Of a stretch of DNA of 64,000 bases, positions 36,495 through 45,069 are shown in pieces (the stretch's first letter is position 1; the number at the start of each line of letters is the position of its first letter). The DNA comes from Candidatus Woesearchaeota archaeon (GTDB lineage: Archaea; Nanobdellota; Nanobdellia; Woesearchaeales; JACJVV01). The stretch lies in NCBI GenBank assembly GCA_047602755.1, contig JBLKOM010000005.1:78936-142935 (forward strand), written 5' to 3'. Position numbers and translations under genes: made by a program. Below the pieces are notes generated by a model. That model saw only the letters and a list, made by a program, of their open reading frames with translations, was not told where the DNA came from and ran no database searches.

Positions 36495-37167
36495 AAACTT
36501 AAAAACAACATGGGCTAGTACACAAAATGAAGAAGATGGTATGAATAATGATCATTATCCTCTTTGGATTGAAATGATAGAAAAGATGACTGAAAAAGAT
36601 TTAACTAACTTAACTGTCTTTGATTTTGGTTGTAATCAAGGACAATTTTTACGCGTTTTATATAGCAAAAAACCTTTTCTTAATGGTTTTGGAGTAGATA
36701 TCGCAAAAAATTCAATTGAAATTGCTAATCAAAATAAAAAAGAATTGCCAGTCGAATATCATGCAACTGATGACATTTCTTTTTTAGATAATTCTATTGA
36801 TATTGCCTTTAGTCATGAAGTTATTTATTTGCTTGAAGATTTAGATAGGCATGTCAAAGATATTTATTCAGTCTTAAAAGCAAAAGGTGTATATTATGTA
36901 GCACTAGGATGTCATACAGATAATCCAACCTGGCCTGCAATACGAAAATATGTTAGAGAAAAAATAAAATCTAATTTTTGTGATTATAGTTTAGATTATA
37001 TTTCAGATATTTTTAGAAAAAATGGATTTATTATATCTGCACAAAAATTTAAACTTAATGGTTTTATAAAAATATCAGATAATAGTAGTTGTTTTCATAG
37101 TGTTATGCAATTCTTAAATTATTATGATGATTATAAGATTTTGTTTAAATTTGAAAAAAAAGATTAA
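36478..37167 (+). CDS. Class I SAM-dependent methyltransferase
   Basis: Motif I VFDFGCNQGQF and an acidic residue after beta2. Confidence 0.65.
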   Translation: MENMNENLKTTWASTQNEEDGMNNDHYPLWIEMIEKMTEKDLTNLTVFDFGCNQGQFLRVLYSKKPFLNGFGVDIAKNSIEIANQNKKELPVEYHATDDISFLDNSIDIAFSHEVIYLLEDLDRHVKDIYSVLKAKGVYYVALGCHTDNPTWPAIRKYVREKIKSNFCDYSLDYISDIFRKNGFIISAQKFKLNGFIKISDNSSCFHSVMQFLNYYDDYKILFKFEKKD

Positions 37168-37199
37168 AGTCTTAGTTTAACGTTTTATGGAATGCTAAA

Positions 37200-38042
37200 A
37201 TGATACAAAAAGATTTGTTGATTGATGGCCAATTTTGGAGTTATTATTCAAATAAAGCTGATAATAAAAGTTTAGGTAGTGATAAACCATTAATTGTTTT
37301 ACTTCATCCTTCGTCAACAGATGGAAGAATTATGAATGAGCAATTAGATTATTTTGCTAATGATGATTTTCATGCAATTGCACCTAACTTAACATTGAGT
37401 AGAAACAAGAATAATAAAGAAACTATTGATTATTTAATTCAGAAAATAGAAGAAATACCTTTCTTTGATGAATTACCTATCACCGAATTTTTAGAATTAT
37501 ATTCTTTACAAGCTTTATCAGAACAAACACAAACCATTGTTGAGTCTGAGTTAAATAATAATTCTAAAGCAATTTTTATTGGTGTTTCACTAGGTGGATA
37601 TGTAGCTTGTCAAATTAAATTGGATAATGAGAAAAATGAAACTTTTTCTTATGGTATCCAACAAAGTTCATTATCAGATAAAGAAAAAAAAGATTGGATA
37701 CTTGGTTCGTTATCAAGTTACATTCATCTAAATAATTCATCAAAAAAACAAGAGAGTGCAGAACATTTTTTACAAAGAAGAAGACATTATTTTGGAAATC
37801 CTGTTTTAGTAGGCAATAGTTGGAATCATTATTTTGAATATATGAAAAAATCAATTTTAGATGACACTCAACTATTTGGTTTATCTCATATTGCGCTCCA
37901 CGTTGCTATTTCCCATTATCAAGGAAATGCTAATTTTGCAAATTCAGATTTATTTAAAGATGTTAAATTACCTCATATTCCAGTTATTGGGGAATATGGG
38001 AAAGAGTTCTATAAGTTAATAAAAACAATTAGTAGTAATTAA
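37200..38042 (+). CDS. Alpha/beta-hydrolase fold protein
   Basis: Nucleophile elbow GVSLGG. HP-rich N-terminus LIVLLHPSS. Confidence 0.55.
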   Translation: MIQKDLLIDGQFWSYYSNKADNKSLGSDKPLIVLLHPSSTDGRIMNEQLDYFANDDFHAIAPNLTLSRNKNNKETIDYLIQKIEEIPFFDELPITEFLELYSLQALSEQTQTIVESELNNNSKAIFIGVSLGGYVACQIKLDNEKNETFSYGIQQSSLSDKEKKDWILGSLSSYIHLNNSSKKQESAEHFLQRRRHYFGNPVLVGNSWNHYFEYMKKSILDDTQLFGLSHIALHVAISHYQGNANFANSDLFKDVKLPHIPVIGEYGKEFYKLIKTISSN

Positions 38043-38139
38043 AAAGCGCTTAAAATTAACTAGCTAGTTATTACTAAATAGTAAGTAAAAGAGTAAGCTT
38101 TATAAATTAATATGAAATAATATATTTTGGTGATTCCAA

Positions 38140-38430
38140 ATGACAGAAAAGAGCGAATTTACAATCGATAAAGTATTAACAATGTCAGCTGAGGCTTATA
38201 TGCGTAGTAGAGATTTGCCAGGTGATGCATACCGTTTTGTTGGTGTTCATACATCTTCTGTGCGAAGCGTAGATGTTATGGCTGAATTTGTTAAGTGTGT
38301 TCCAAAAAAAGCAACTGTTGTTGTTGATTATCAAATGACGCCTCTTTTTGCAAATGGTATTGATCGAATGGTGATGGCATCAGGAACTGCAATAATTATT
38401 GACACATCAGCATATCGTGGTGGGGGTTAG
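38140..38430 (+). CDS. Hypothetical small protein in a locally GC-enriched segment
   Basis: 96 aa. GC is noticeably above the neighbouring genes. Confidence 0.4.
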   Translation: MTEKSEFTIDKVLTMSAEAYMRSRDLPGDAYRFVGVHTSSVRSVDVMAEFVKCVPKKATVVVDYQMTPLFANGIDRMVMASGTAIIIDTSAYRGGG

Positions 38431-38601
38431 AAAACTAAAATTACTTTTTTTATTTTTTTACAACATACATTAAATGACACTTTTATTAACAATACTAATT
38501 ATCAATTATATCATTGTAATTATAAACAATAAATTATTGTCAGAAACAAAATTTAATTATTGAATCTTCAATCATCAGAATTTCACAAATAACTGGTTTT
38601 C

Positions 38602-38937
38602 CTATTGTTTTCCTAGAAATCGGTAAAGATTTTCAAATTCTTCAAAATCCATATTATTTTCAGTTACTCTATAAACATCATAAACTGGTCCATCAACTCT
38701 TAACCAATGCGATGCGACTCTTTCATCTTCAATAGTTAACTCACCCCACTGCAAATCAATATGCCCATATTTTTTTTGTTCTCTAATAGAATGACCTTGA
38801 GGTTTATTTGAAAAAGATGAAAGCAATGACACCAATTTGTCCACTGCACATTCTAGAGTAATCCCTTCTTCAAAGTGGATTTTGAAATTACTTCCATTAC
38901 TTCTATCTCTCCTTAATTCCTCTACTAAATATTCCAT
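38602..38937 (-). CDS. Hypothetical small acidic protein
   Basis: 111 aa. No motif recognised. Confidence 0.4.
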   Translation of the reverse strand: MEYLVEELRRDRSNGSNFKIHFEEGITLECAVDKLVSLLSSFSNKPQGHSIREQKKYGHIDLQWGELTIEDERVASHWLRVDGPVYDVYRVTENNMDFEEFENLYRFLGKQ

Positions 38938-39140
38938 ATGTTAGAGGAATAATAGAATATTTAAAAGGCTTTTCTAATTAAGAAAAATTAGTTAGCATTT
39001 TAATTTGTCTAATAACTTCTTCAGATTTTTTTAGAATCTTTGACTACACTGTGCTTTCACTTATCTGATTTAGGCAATTAACAGCATCTTAAAGAATATT
39101 CTTCAATAACCTTTATATAACAAGCCACTATCTTTCTGCT

Positions 39141-40109
39141 ATGAATGCACTAAGAATTGAAAATCTTACCAAAACTTATTTTAGTTCTGGAAATGGCAAA
39201 AAAAATAATCGTAAAGTAGAGGCTGTTAGAGATATAAATCTTGTTATTCCTGAGAAATCATTTTATGGTTTACTTGGCCCAAATGGTGCTGGAAAAACTA
39301 CCATAATAGGTATCATAACTGATTTAGTTGTGAAAACATCTGGGAAAGTTTTTATTTTTGATAAAGATATAGATACTAATTTTAGTTCTGCAAAAAGTTT
39401 AATTGGTGTTGTACCCCAAGAATTAAATTTTGGGATCTTTGAAAAAGTTGAAGATATATTAATACAGCAGGCGGGATTTTATGGTGTAGGTAGGAAGGTT
39501 GCAATTCGAAGATCAGAAATGTATCTAAAGCAATTAGGTTTATGGGAAAAAAGAAAAGAACAAGCAAAAAATTTATCAGGTGGAATGAAAAGAAGATTAA
39601 TGATTGCAAGAGCATTAATTCATAAACCAAAACTTTTGATCCTTGATGAACCTACTGCAGGTGTTGATGTTGAATTAAGAAGAGGTATGTGGGATTTCTT
39701 AAAACAGCTAAATAAATCTGGTATAACTATTATACTTACAACACATTATCTTGAAGAAGCTGAGCATCTTTGTAAAAAAATAGCAATTATTAATGATGGA
39801 AAAATTATTGAGGATACAACAACTAAAGAACTAATAAATAAGTTGGATAAACATAGTTATATAATAGATATTGAGAATTATAAAGGAAAATTACCAAATG
39901 TAAAAAATTGTACTCTAATAAAAATAGATGATACTACTATTGAGATTGAATTACAAAAAACACAAAATATTACAGCTATCTTTAAGGCACTAGAAAAAAG
40001 CAGAATAAAAATATTATCTTTAAGAAACAAGTCAAATAGACTTGAAGAAATGTTTATTGGACTTACTGATAAGAAAACAAAAAAAGAATTATTAAGCGAT
40101 GAAACATGA
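39141..40109 (+). CDS. ABC transporter ATP-binding protein (ABC-2 exporter type)
   Basis: Walker A GPNGAGKTT, signature LSGGMKRR and Walker B LILDEPTAGVD. Confidence 0.9.
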   Translation: MNALRIENLTKTYFSSGNGKKNNRKVEAVRDINLVIPEKSFYGLLGPNGAGKTTIIGIITDLVVKTSGKVFIFDKDIDTNFSSAKSLIGVVPQELNFGIFEKVEDILIQQAGFYGVGRKVAIRRSEMYLKQLGLWEKRKEQAKNLSGGMKRRLMIARALIHKPKLLILDEPTAGVDVELRRGMWDFLKQLNKSGITIILTTHYLEEAEHLCKKIAIINDGKIIEDTTTKELINKLDKHSYIIDIENYKGKLPNVKNCTLIKIDDTTIEIELQKTQNITAIFKALEKSRIKILSLRNKSNRLEEMFIGLTDKKTKKELLSDET

Positions 40110-40870
40110 GCTGGATTATACCATTAATTACATTATCAAGAAAAGAAGCAGTAAGAATATTTAGAGTTTGGAAGCAATCGTTTTTGCCTTCAACTGTTAC
40201 TACTGCATTATATTTTATAATTTTTGGTAATTTTATTGGTTCACAAATTTATGATATGAATGGTTTTAGATATGTTGATTTTATAATGCCAGGACTAGTT
40301 ATGCTTTCTGTTATAACTACATCTTATACTAATGTTGCTGGTTCAGTTTTTCTTGCTAAATTTCAAAAAAATATAGAAGAGATGATGGTATCATCAATGC
40401 CTGTTTGGACTATTGTTTCTGGACATTCAATCGGTGGTATGATTAGGGGTTTTGTTGTTGGAATTATTGTAATGATTATATCATTATTTTTTACACAAAT
40501 ACATATCTTTAATTTAATAATAATTATTTTATATTTTATATTGACATCATTAATGTTTTCATTAGCTGGATTTATGAATGGTCTTATTGCAAAAAGTTTT
40601 GATGATATTTCTGTAGTTCCTAATTTTGTTTTGACACCATTAATTTATCTTGGTGGAGTATTTTATTCAATATCTGTTCTACCAGAATTTTGGCAGAAGG
40701 TGTCTTTGTTTAATCCTATTTTGTATATGGTTGATGGGTTCAGATATGGTTTTTTAGGAATAGCTGATATTAATATATGGATTGGGTTCATGATATTAAT
40801 TATTTTTGTAGTAATATTTTTTATTGGCAACATGTTATTAGTAAAAAAAGGAGTAGGAATAAAAAATTAA
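40106..40870 (+). CDS. ABC-2 family transporter permease
   Basis: Six TM. Start overlaps the ATPase stop. Confidence 0.8.
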   Translation: MSWIIPLITLSRKEAVRIFRVWKQSFLPSTVTTALYFIIFGNFIGSQIYDMNGFRYVDFIMPGLVMLSVITTSYTNVAGSVFLAKFQKNIEEMMVSSMPVWTIVSGHSIGGMIRGFVVGIIVMIISLFFTQIHIFNLIIIILYFILTSLMFSLAGFMNGLIAKSFDDISVVPNFVLTPLIYLGGVFYSISVLPEFWQKVSLFNPILYMVDGFRYGFLGIADINIWIGFMILIIFVVIFFIGNMLLVKKGVGIKN

Positions 40871-40943
40871 AAAGAATAATTTTTCAAATAAAGTTTTAGA
40901 TATAGTAAAAAAAATTCCTAAAGGAAAAGTTACTACATACAAA

Positions 40944-41171
40944 TTGATTGCTGATAAACTTAGTTCAAAAGCATATCGTTTAGTAGGTAGTGTTCTTAGA
41001 AAAAATCCAACACCAATTATTATTCCATGCCATAGAGTTGTAATGAGTAGTTTAAGAGTAGGTGGTTATCTTGGCCATAAAAAGAGTAACGTCAAATTAA
41101 GTTTGTTAAAAAAAGAAGGAATTTTTATTCTTAAAGGTAAAGTTTTACAAAAATATTTATGGAAACCTTAA
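40944..41171 (+). CDS. ogt: Methylated-DNA-protein-cysteine methyltransferase (Ogt/MGMT) C-terminal active-site domain; canonical start codon missing for the N-terminal part of the domain
   Basis: Active-site IIPCHRVV. The same frame reads KVLDIVKKIPKGKVTTYKLIA upstream of the TTG at 40944 with no ATG, GTG or TTG. Confidence 0.6.
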   Translation: MIADKLSSKAYRLVGSVLRKNPTPIIIPCHRVVMSSLRVGGYLGHKKSNVKLSLLKKEGIFILKGKVLQKYLWKP

Positions 41172-41251
41172 CTGATTTTAAATATGATTTTCTATGTTCT
41201 ATTCTAATTTAAGATAATTTTATATAATGATTTAGACTAACATCATCTATT

Positions 41252-41518
41252 ATGTTAAGAAAAGATTTAGAAGCTGCAGTAAATAAAATACGAACTCATA
41301 ATCTTAGAGAGCATGCTATTGTGGAAGAAATTCTTCGTGCTACTCAGTTTTCTGGTGTTCCACAATTTACTAGTGGTTATAGAAACAGTTGGCTAACAAG
41401 TGGTTGGAGAAATAGTTGGGCTACAAGCGGCTGGAGAAATAGTCCAATTACAAGTGGACATTATTCAGTATCTGCTGCTGTAGACTATATAATGCAGCAA
41501 ATACCTGAAAATGAATAA
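41252..41518 (+). CDS. Small protein with three tandem 9-aa SGWRNSWxT repeats
   Basis: Tandem 27-nt repeats at 41372-41452 encode SGYRNSWLT, SGWRNSWAT and SGWRNSPIT. Confidence 0.4.
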   Translation: MLRKDLEAAVNKIRTHNLREHAIVEEILRATQFSGVPQFTSGYRNSWLTSGWRNSWATSGWRNSPITSGHYSVSAAVDYIMQQIPENE

Positions 41519-41541
41519 AATATTATTGTTCTAATTATTAA

Positions 41542-42162
41542 TTATTTATCTCTTACTAATTCATTTAATATGGTTGCACCATTTGAAGTATTAATATATC
41601 CATAAGATTGTGTACCTGAATCTAAGAAATAAATAATATGCTGAGGATGTCTTATTTTTAGCATATCTTCTTTAGGCATATCAAGTAAGTAACCTATCAT
41701 TGTTTTCTCAATTCCTTCATGTGAAACAATTGCAACTGTATCTTCTAATTTTTCCATAATTGTATCAATGAATAAAATTCCTCTTTGTTCAACATCACGA
41801 TAACTTTCCCCGTCTGGATTTCTAAAACCATATATATCCATATTTCTTTTATCCCATAATTCTGGATATTCAACCTTAATCTCAGTAAATGTTTTTTCTG
41901 ACCATTGCCCAAAATTCATTTCTTTTAATTCATTATGAAAGGTAGGTTCAATGTCAATGACTCTTGAAATTATTTGGGCAGAAGTTGCAGCTCTACCTAA
42001 TGGACTTGATAATAGTAATTCAATACCCATTCCATTTAAATATTGTCCATTTATTAAAGATTGTTGAGCTCCTTTGATAGTAAGTGGGGAATCTTCCCAT
42101 CCTTGAATTTTTCCAAGTTTGTTCCAAATTGTTTCTCCATGACGAATAAAATAAAATTTCAT
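41542..42162 (-). CDS. Histidine phosphatase family protein (PGAM/cobC-like)
   Basis: N-terminal FIRHGETIWN (the RHGE catalytic motif). Confidence 0.8.
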   Translation of the reverse strand: MKFYFIRHGETIWNKLGKIQGWEDSPLTIKGAQQSLINGQYLNGMGIELLLSSPLGRAATSAQIISRVIDIEPTFHNELKEMNFGQWSEKTFTEIKVEYPELWDKRNMDIYGFRNPDGESYRDVEQRGILFIDTIMEKLEDTVAIVSHEGIEKTMIGYLLDMPKEDMLKIRHPQHIIYFLDSGTQSYGYINTSNGATILNELVRDK

Positions 42163-42208
42163 AAGAATGTAGTTATTATTGCTTTTATAAACCTTAACAC
42201 TTAAATAT

Positions 42209-42787
42209 ATGTTATTTAATTATACATTTATGACTAAATTTATAATTGAGCATTTAGACCCAAAATTATGGAAATGGAGTTTTGTAGAATATAAGCATAT
42301 TTCTGAAATTGTTGGTAAAAAAAATACTATATATACTAATATAAGAAATACTAAAGAAAAAGATAAACTGTCTAAATATGGTAAGGTTGAAAAAAGATCT
42401 GTGAAAGAAATGATATTAAAAAATGCATGTATTCTTGATCCTTCTGCAAAAAAATTATTGGAGCCTAATGAAAAGTTTGATTATATTGTATTAGGTGGTG
42501 TTCTAGGAGATTATCCACGAAAAAAACGAACTAAAAAAGAACTAACTGATAAAATACGAGGAATGGATGCAAGGAATTTAGGAAAATTTCAAATGTCAAC
42601 AAATACTGCAGCGTATGTTGCTTGGAAAATAATTAATGGTACTCCTTTAAAAGATATTAAATTCAGAAGAAAATTAAAAGTAAAAGATACTAATAATCTT
42701 GAAATAGAATTACCATTTAGTTTTGTAGAGGAGAATGGAGAATTAGTTCTGCCTAAAGGTTATATTGATTTAGTTAAGAATTCTTAA
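42209..42787 (+). CDS. Hypothetical basic protein (192 aa), possibly RNA-modification related
   Basis: Lys/Arg-rich, with a GGVLGD glycine motif. No confident family. Confidence 0.4.
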   Translation: MLFNYTFMTKFIIEHLDPKLWKWSFVEYKHISEIVGKKNTIYTNIRNTKEKDKLSKYGKVEKRSVKEMILKNACILDPSAKKLLEPNEKFDYIVLGGVLGDYPRKKRTKKELTDKIRGMDARNLGKFQMSTNTAAYVAWKIINGTPLKDIKFRRKLKVKDTNNLEIELPFSFVEENGELVLPKGYIDLVKNS

Positions 42788-42903
42788 TGCTGAAAAAAAT
42801 CATCAGTTATATTTTTTTATATATTAGTATTTATGATCTTATAACTACTAAATAATAATTACAATAGTAAAGTTTATATACAATATTATACTCTCATCTA
42901 TTT

Positions 42904-44685
42904 ATGTCAGAAGTTATTAACTTAGCAACTATATTAGGAGCTACTGATTCGCAAAACACTGCACCTCAACAAGCACCAAGACAAGAATCTCGACAGATTT
43001 CTGTAGATTATTTATCAGCATTAAATGATTTAGTAGGTCCTAAATCTGCTTTAGCAATTGCAACAAAATATTCACCAAAGGACATTTCTCGAATCGAGAA
43101 TCGTTATGATGAATTTAAATTTGATACTCAACCAAAAACTCCTAAAGGTAAACTTCAGAGAATTTTGAAATTTTTAGAATGGGAAAAAGAATTTTCTGAA
43201 GTAGTACATATGGGTTATTATATGGAAAATATTACTGAATCTTTTAGTGGATTTGAAACTTTAGTCAATAAACTAATTGCAACAGGAAATAAAGAAGTTA
43301 TGAATTTTAATCCTTTTATTAGAGACCAATTAAATGGCGTTGCAAGAAATTTATTATTATATTATGGTGAAGAGCTTACTGATGAAAATAAAAAAACAGG
43401 TCATGTAGCAAGAATAGCAGATTATACTCCAAAAAAAGTTGTTCCCGGAATAAGTACAGATGAACTTGTTGATTTTCTTATTGCAAAGAAACTTGCAAAC
43501 ACTCCTGCTTGTGAATATTCAATTGTTCCTGGGTTTGATGATGCAAAAACTGCGCTTGAAGTGTCAGTAATGACAAACCATCCTTCACTGGCAGAGATGT
43601 ATGTTAGAAATGGATTTACTTCATTATCACAAATTCAAACTGTTAGTTTAGATAAATTAAAAAAAATTGAAGAAGAAATGCAATTTAGAGGAAAATTGAA
43701 TTCAGAAACATATCATCAAAAAAACTATAGAAGATTTGTTGGTAATTATATAAGAGGAAATCCTCAAAGAGTTGATGAAATATTAGCTCTTGCTCAAGCA
43801 GGTGGTCAAGAATATTTGGTTGCATTTGATGGTAGTGTTAGACAAACACAAAGAATTTTAAAAATACTTGAAGAAGAAAGACCTTCTGCAAGTGCAATCC
43901 AGTATGCAAGAGATGTATTAAAAGTTCATGAGTTTAAGGCTGCAGTTGCACTTGCAAAAGAAATAGATTCTCCTTACAAAAAAGTATTTGAGCAAGAATT
44001 TACAACAAAAGAAGAGTTTTTAGCTTTCAGAGATGATTATCAAGCAACTCTTGATGATTTTATTGAAAAAACTGGAATACAACCTGATGACAATGGAAAA
44101 ATTTCAAGATTTTCTTATGATGATATTAAAGCATTTAAAGGAGATTTAAGATTTTTTTCAGATAATTTTAGCACAGGCAACTTAGATCAACTAGCAAAAA
44201 TCGAAAGTGTGATGGATTTTGAAACTTATCAATCTCTTAATATAAGTGCAAAACCAACTCTAATTCCTATTTTAATTGATAATGGATATACAGTACAGGA
44301 AATGCAAGAGGCTTTTAGTGGTAAACCTAAAGTAGATGGATATCAATTAGCGAGATATTTCGAAAAACTAAAAGTAAATATTCCATTAATAATTTCATTA
44401 ATAGATATAATTGATGTAATTGCAACAGGTGTAACTGCTCAATATGCTAGTGATATGTTAGTAGCTGTTCCTTTTAACGAAAATGGAATACCTTATGGAG
44501 TTTTAAGTAGCTTACAATCGCATGAAGTTACTCCATCACAATTTAAGTCATTTATACAAACTGTAGGGGTTAGCAGATATCAACCTAGTCAAGAAGAATT
44601 GAAAGGACTAAGATCTGCAGAAGCAAACTTTGATGCAGTAAGCATGATTAGAGATTTTAAAACATTTTATAATCAAAAAGAATAA
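42904..44685 (+). CDS. Large soluble hypothetical protein (593 aa), orphan
   Basis: Long ORF with no TM and no recognised motif. GC slightly above neighbours. Confidence 0.55.
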   Translation: MSEVINLATILGATDSQNTAPQQAPRQESRQISVDYLSALNDLVGPKSALAIATKYSPKDISRIENRYDEFKFDTQPKTPKGKLQRILKFLEWEKEFSEVVHMGYYMENITESFSGFETLVNKLIATGNKEVMNFNPFIRDQLNGVARNLLLYYGEELTDENKKTGHVARIADYTPKKVVPGISTDELVDFLIAKKLANTPACEYSIVPGFDDAKTALEVSVMTNHPSLAEMYVRNGFTSLSQIQTVSLDKLKKIEEEMQFRGKLNSETYHQKNYRRFVGNYIRGNPQRVDEILALAQAGGQEYLVAFDGSVRQTQRILKILEEERPSASAIQYARDVLKVHEFKAAVALAKEIDSPYKKVFEQEFTTKEEFLAFRDDYQATLDDFIEKTGIQPDDNGKISRFSYDDIKAFKGDLRFFSDNFSTGNLDQLAKIESVMDFETYQSLNISAKPTLIPILIDNGYTVQEMQEAFSGKPKVDGYQLARYFEKLKVNIPLIISLIDIIDVIATGVTAQYASDMLVAVPFNENGIPYGVLSSLQSHEVTPSQFKSFIQTVGVSRYQPSQEELKGLRSAEANFDAVSMIRDFKTFYNQKE

Positions 44686-44776
44686 TAAATCAACTAATTT
44701 TTTATTAGGATTAATATATTATAATTTATACTAATTCTAAATATTGCAATACAGTTAACCTCATATATTAATATAT

Positions 44777-44932
44777 TATTGCCAGCCAATTATAGCTGAT
44801 AAATGATCATCTTTTTTTATGCATTTTGTGCAGTAGCATTCACCCATATAGCGTATAAGAACTTTATTTTGCTTACAGCTTGAACATTCTCCAATTACAA
44901 CTTCATAGCCATTAAATGTGTCTGTATCCATG
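44777..44932 (-). CDS. Small (51 aa) zinc-ribbon protein
   Basis: Reverse-strand ORF MDTDTFNGYEVVIGECSSCKQNKVLIRYMGECYCTKCIKKDDH... with CxxC...CxxC. It falls below the ORF-track length cut-off. Confidence 0.35.
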
Positions 44933-45016
44933 TTTATCACCTAAGAATATTGTCAGTATACTTATTTATATACTCTACATAAGAATGTCCAATGATAATG
45001 ATATTATTTGTTTCTT

Positions 45017-45039
45017 TATTGATAATGATTATCAATAAC
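45017..45039. promoter_or_regulatory. Perfect Fur/Zur-box palindrome in the promoter of the COG0523 GTPase gene
   Basis: TTATTGATAATGATTATCAATAA is an 11-1-11 perfect inverted repeat containing the Fur-box core TGATAATNATTATCA. It lies about 30 nt upstream of the ATG at 45070. Confidence 0.65.
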
Positions 45040-45069
45040 ACTTATAAATAACCCCTAAATTATTTTTTT

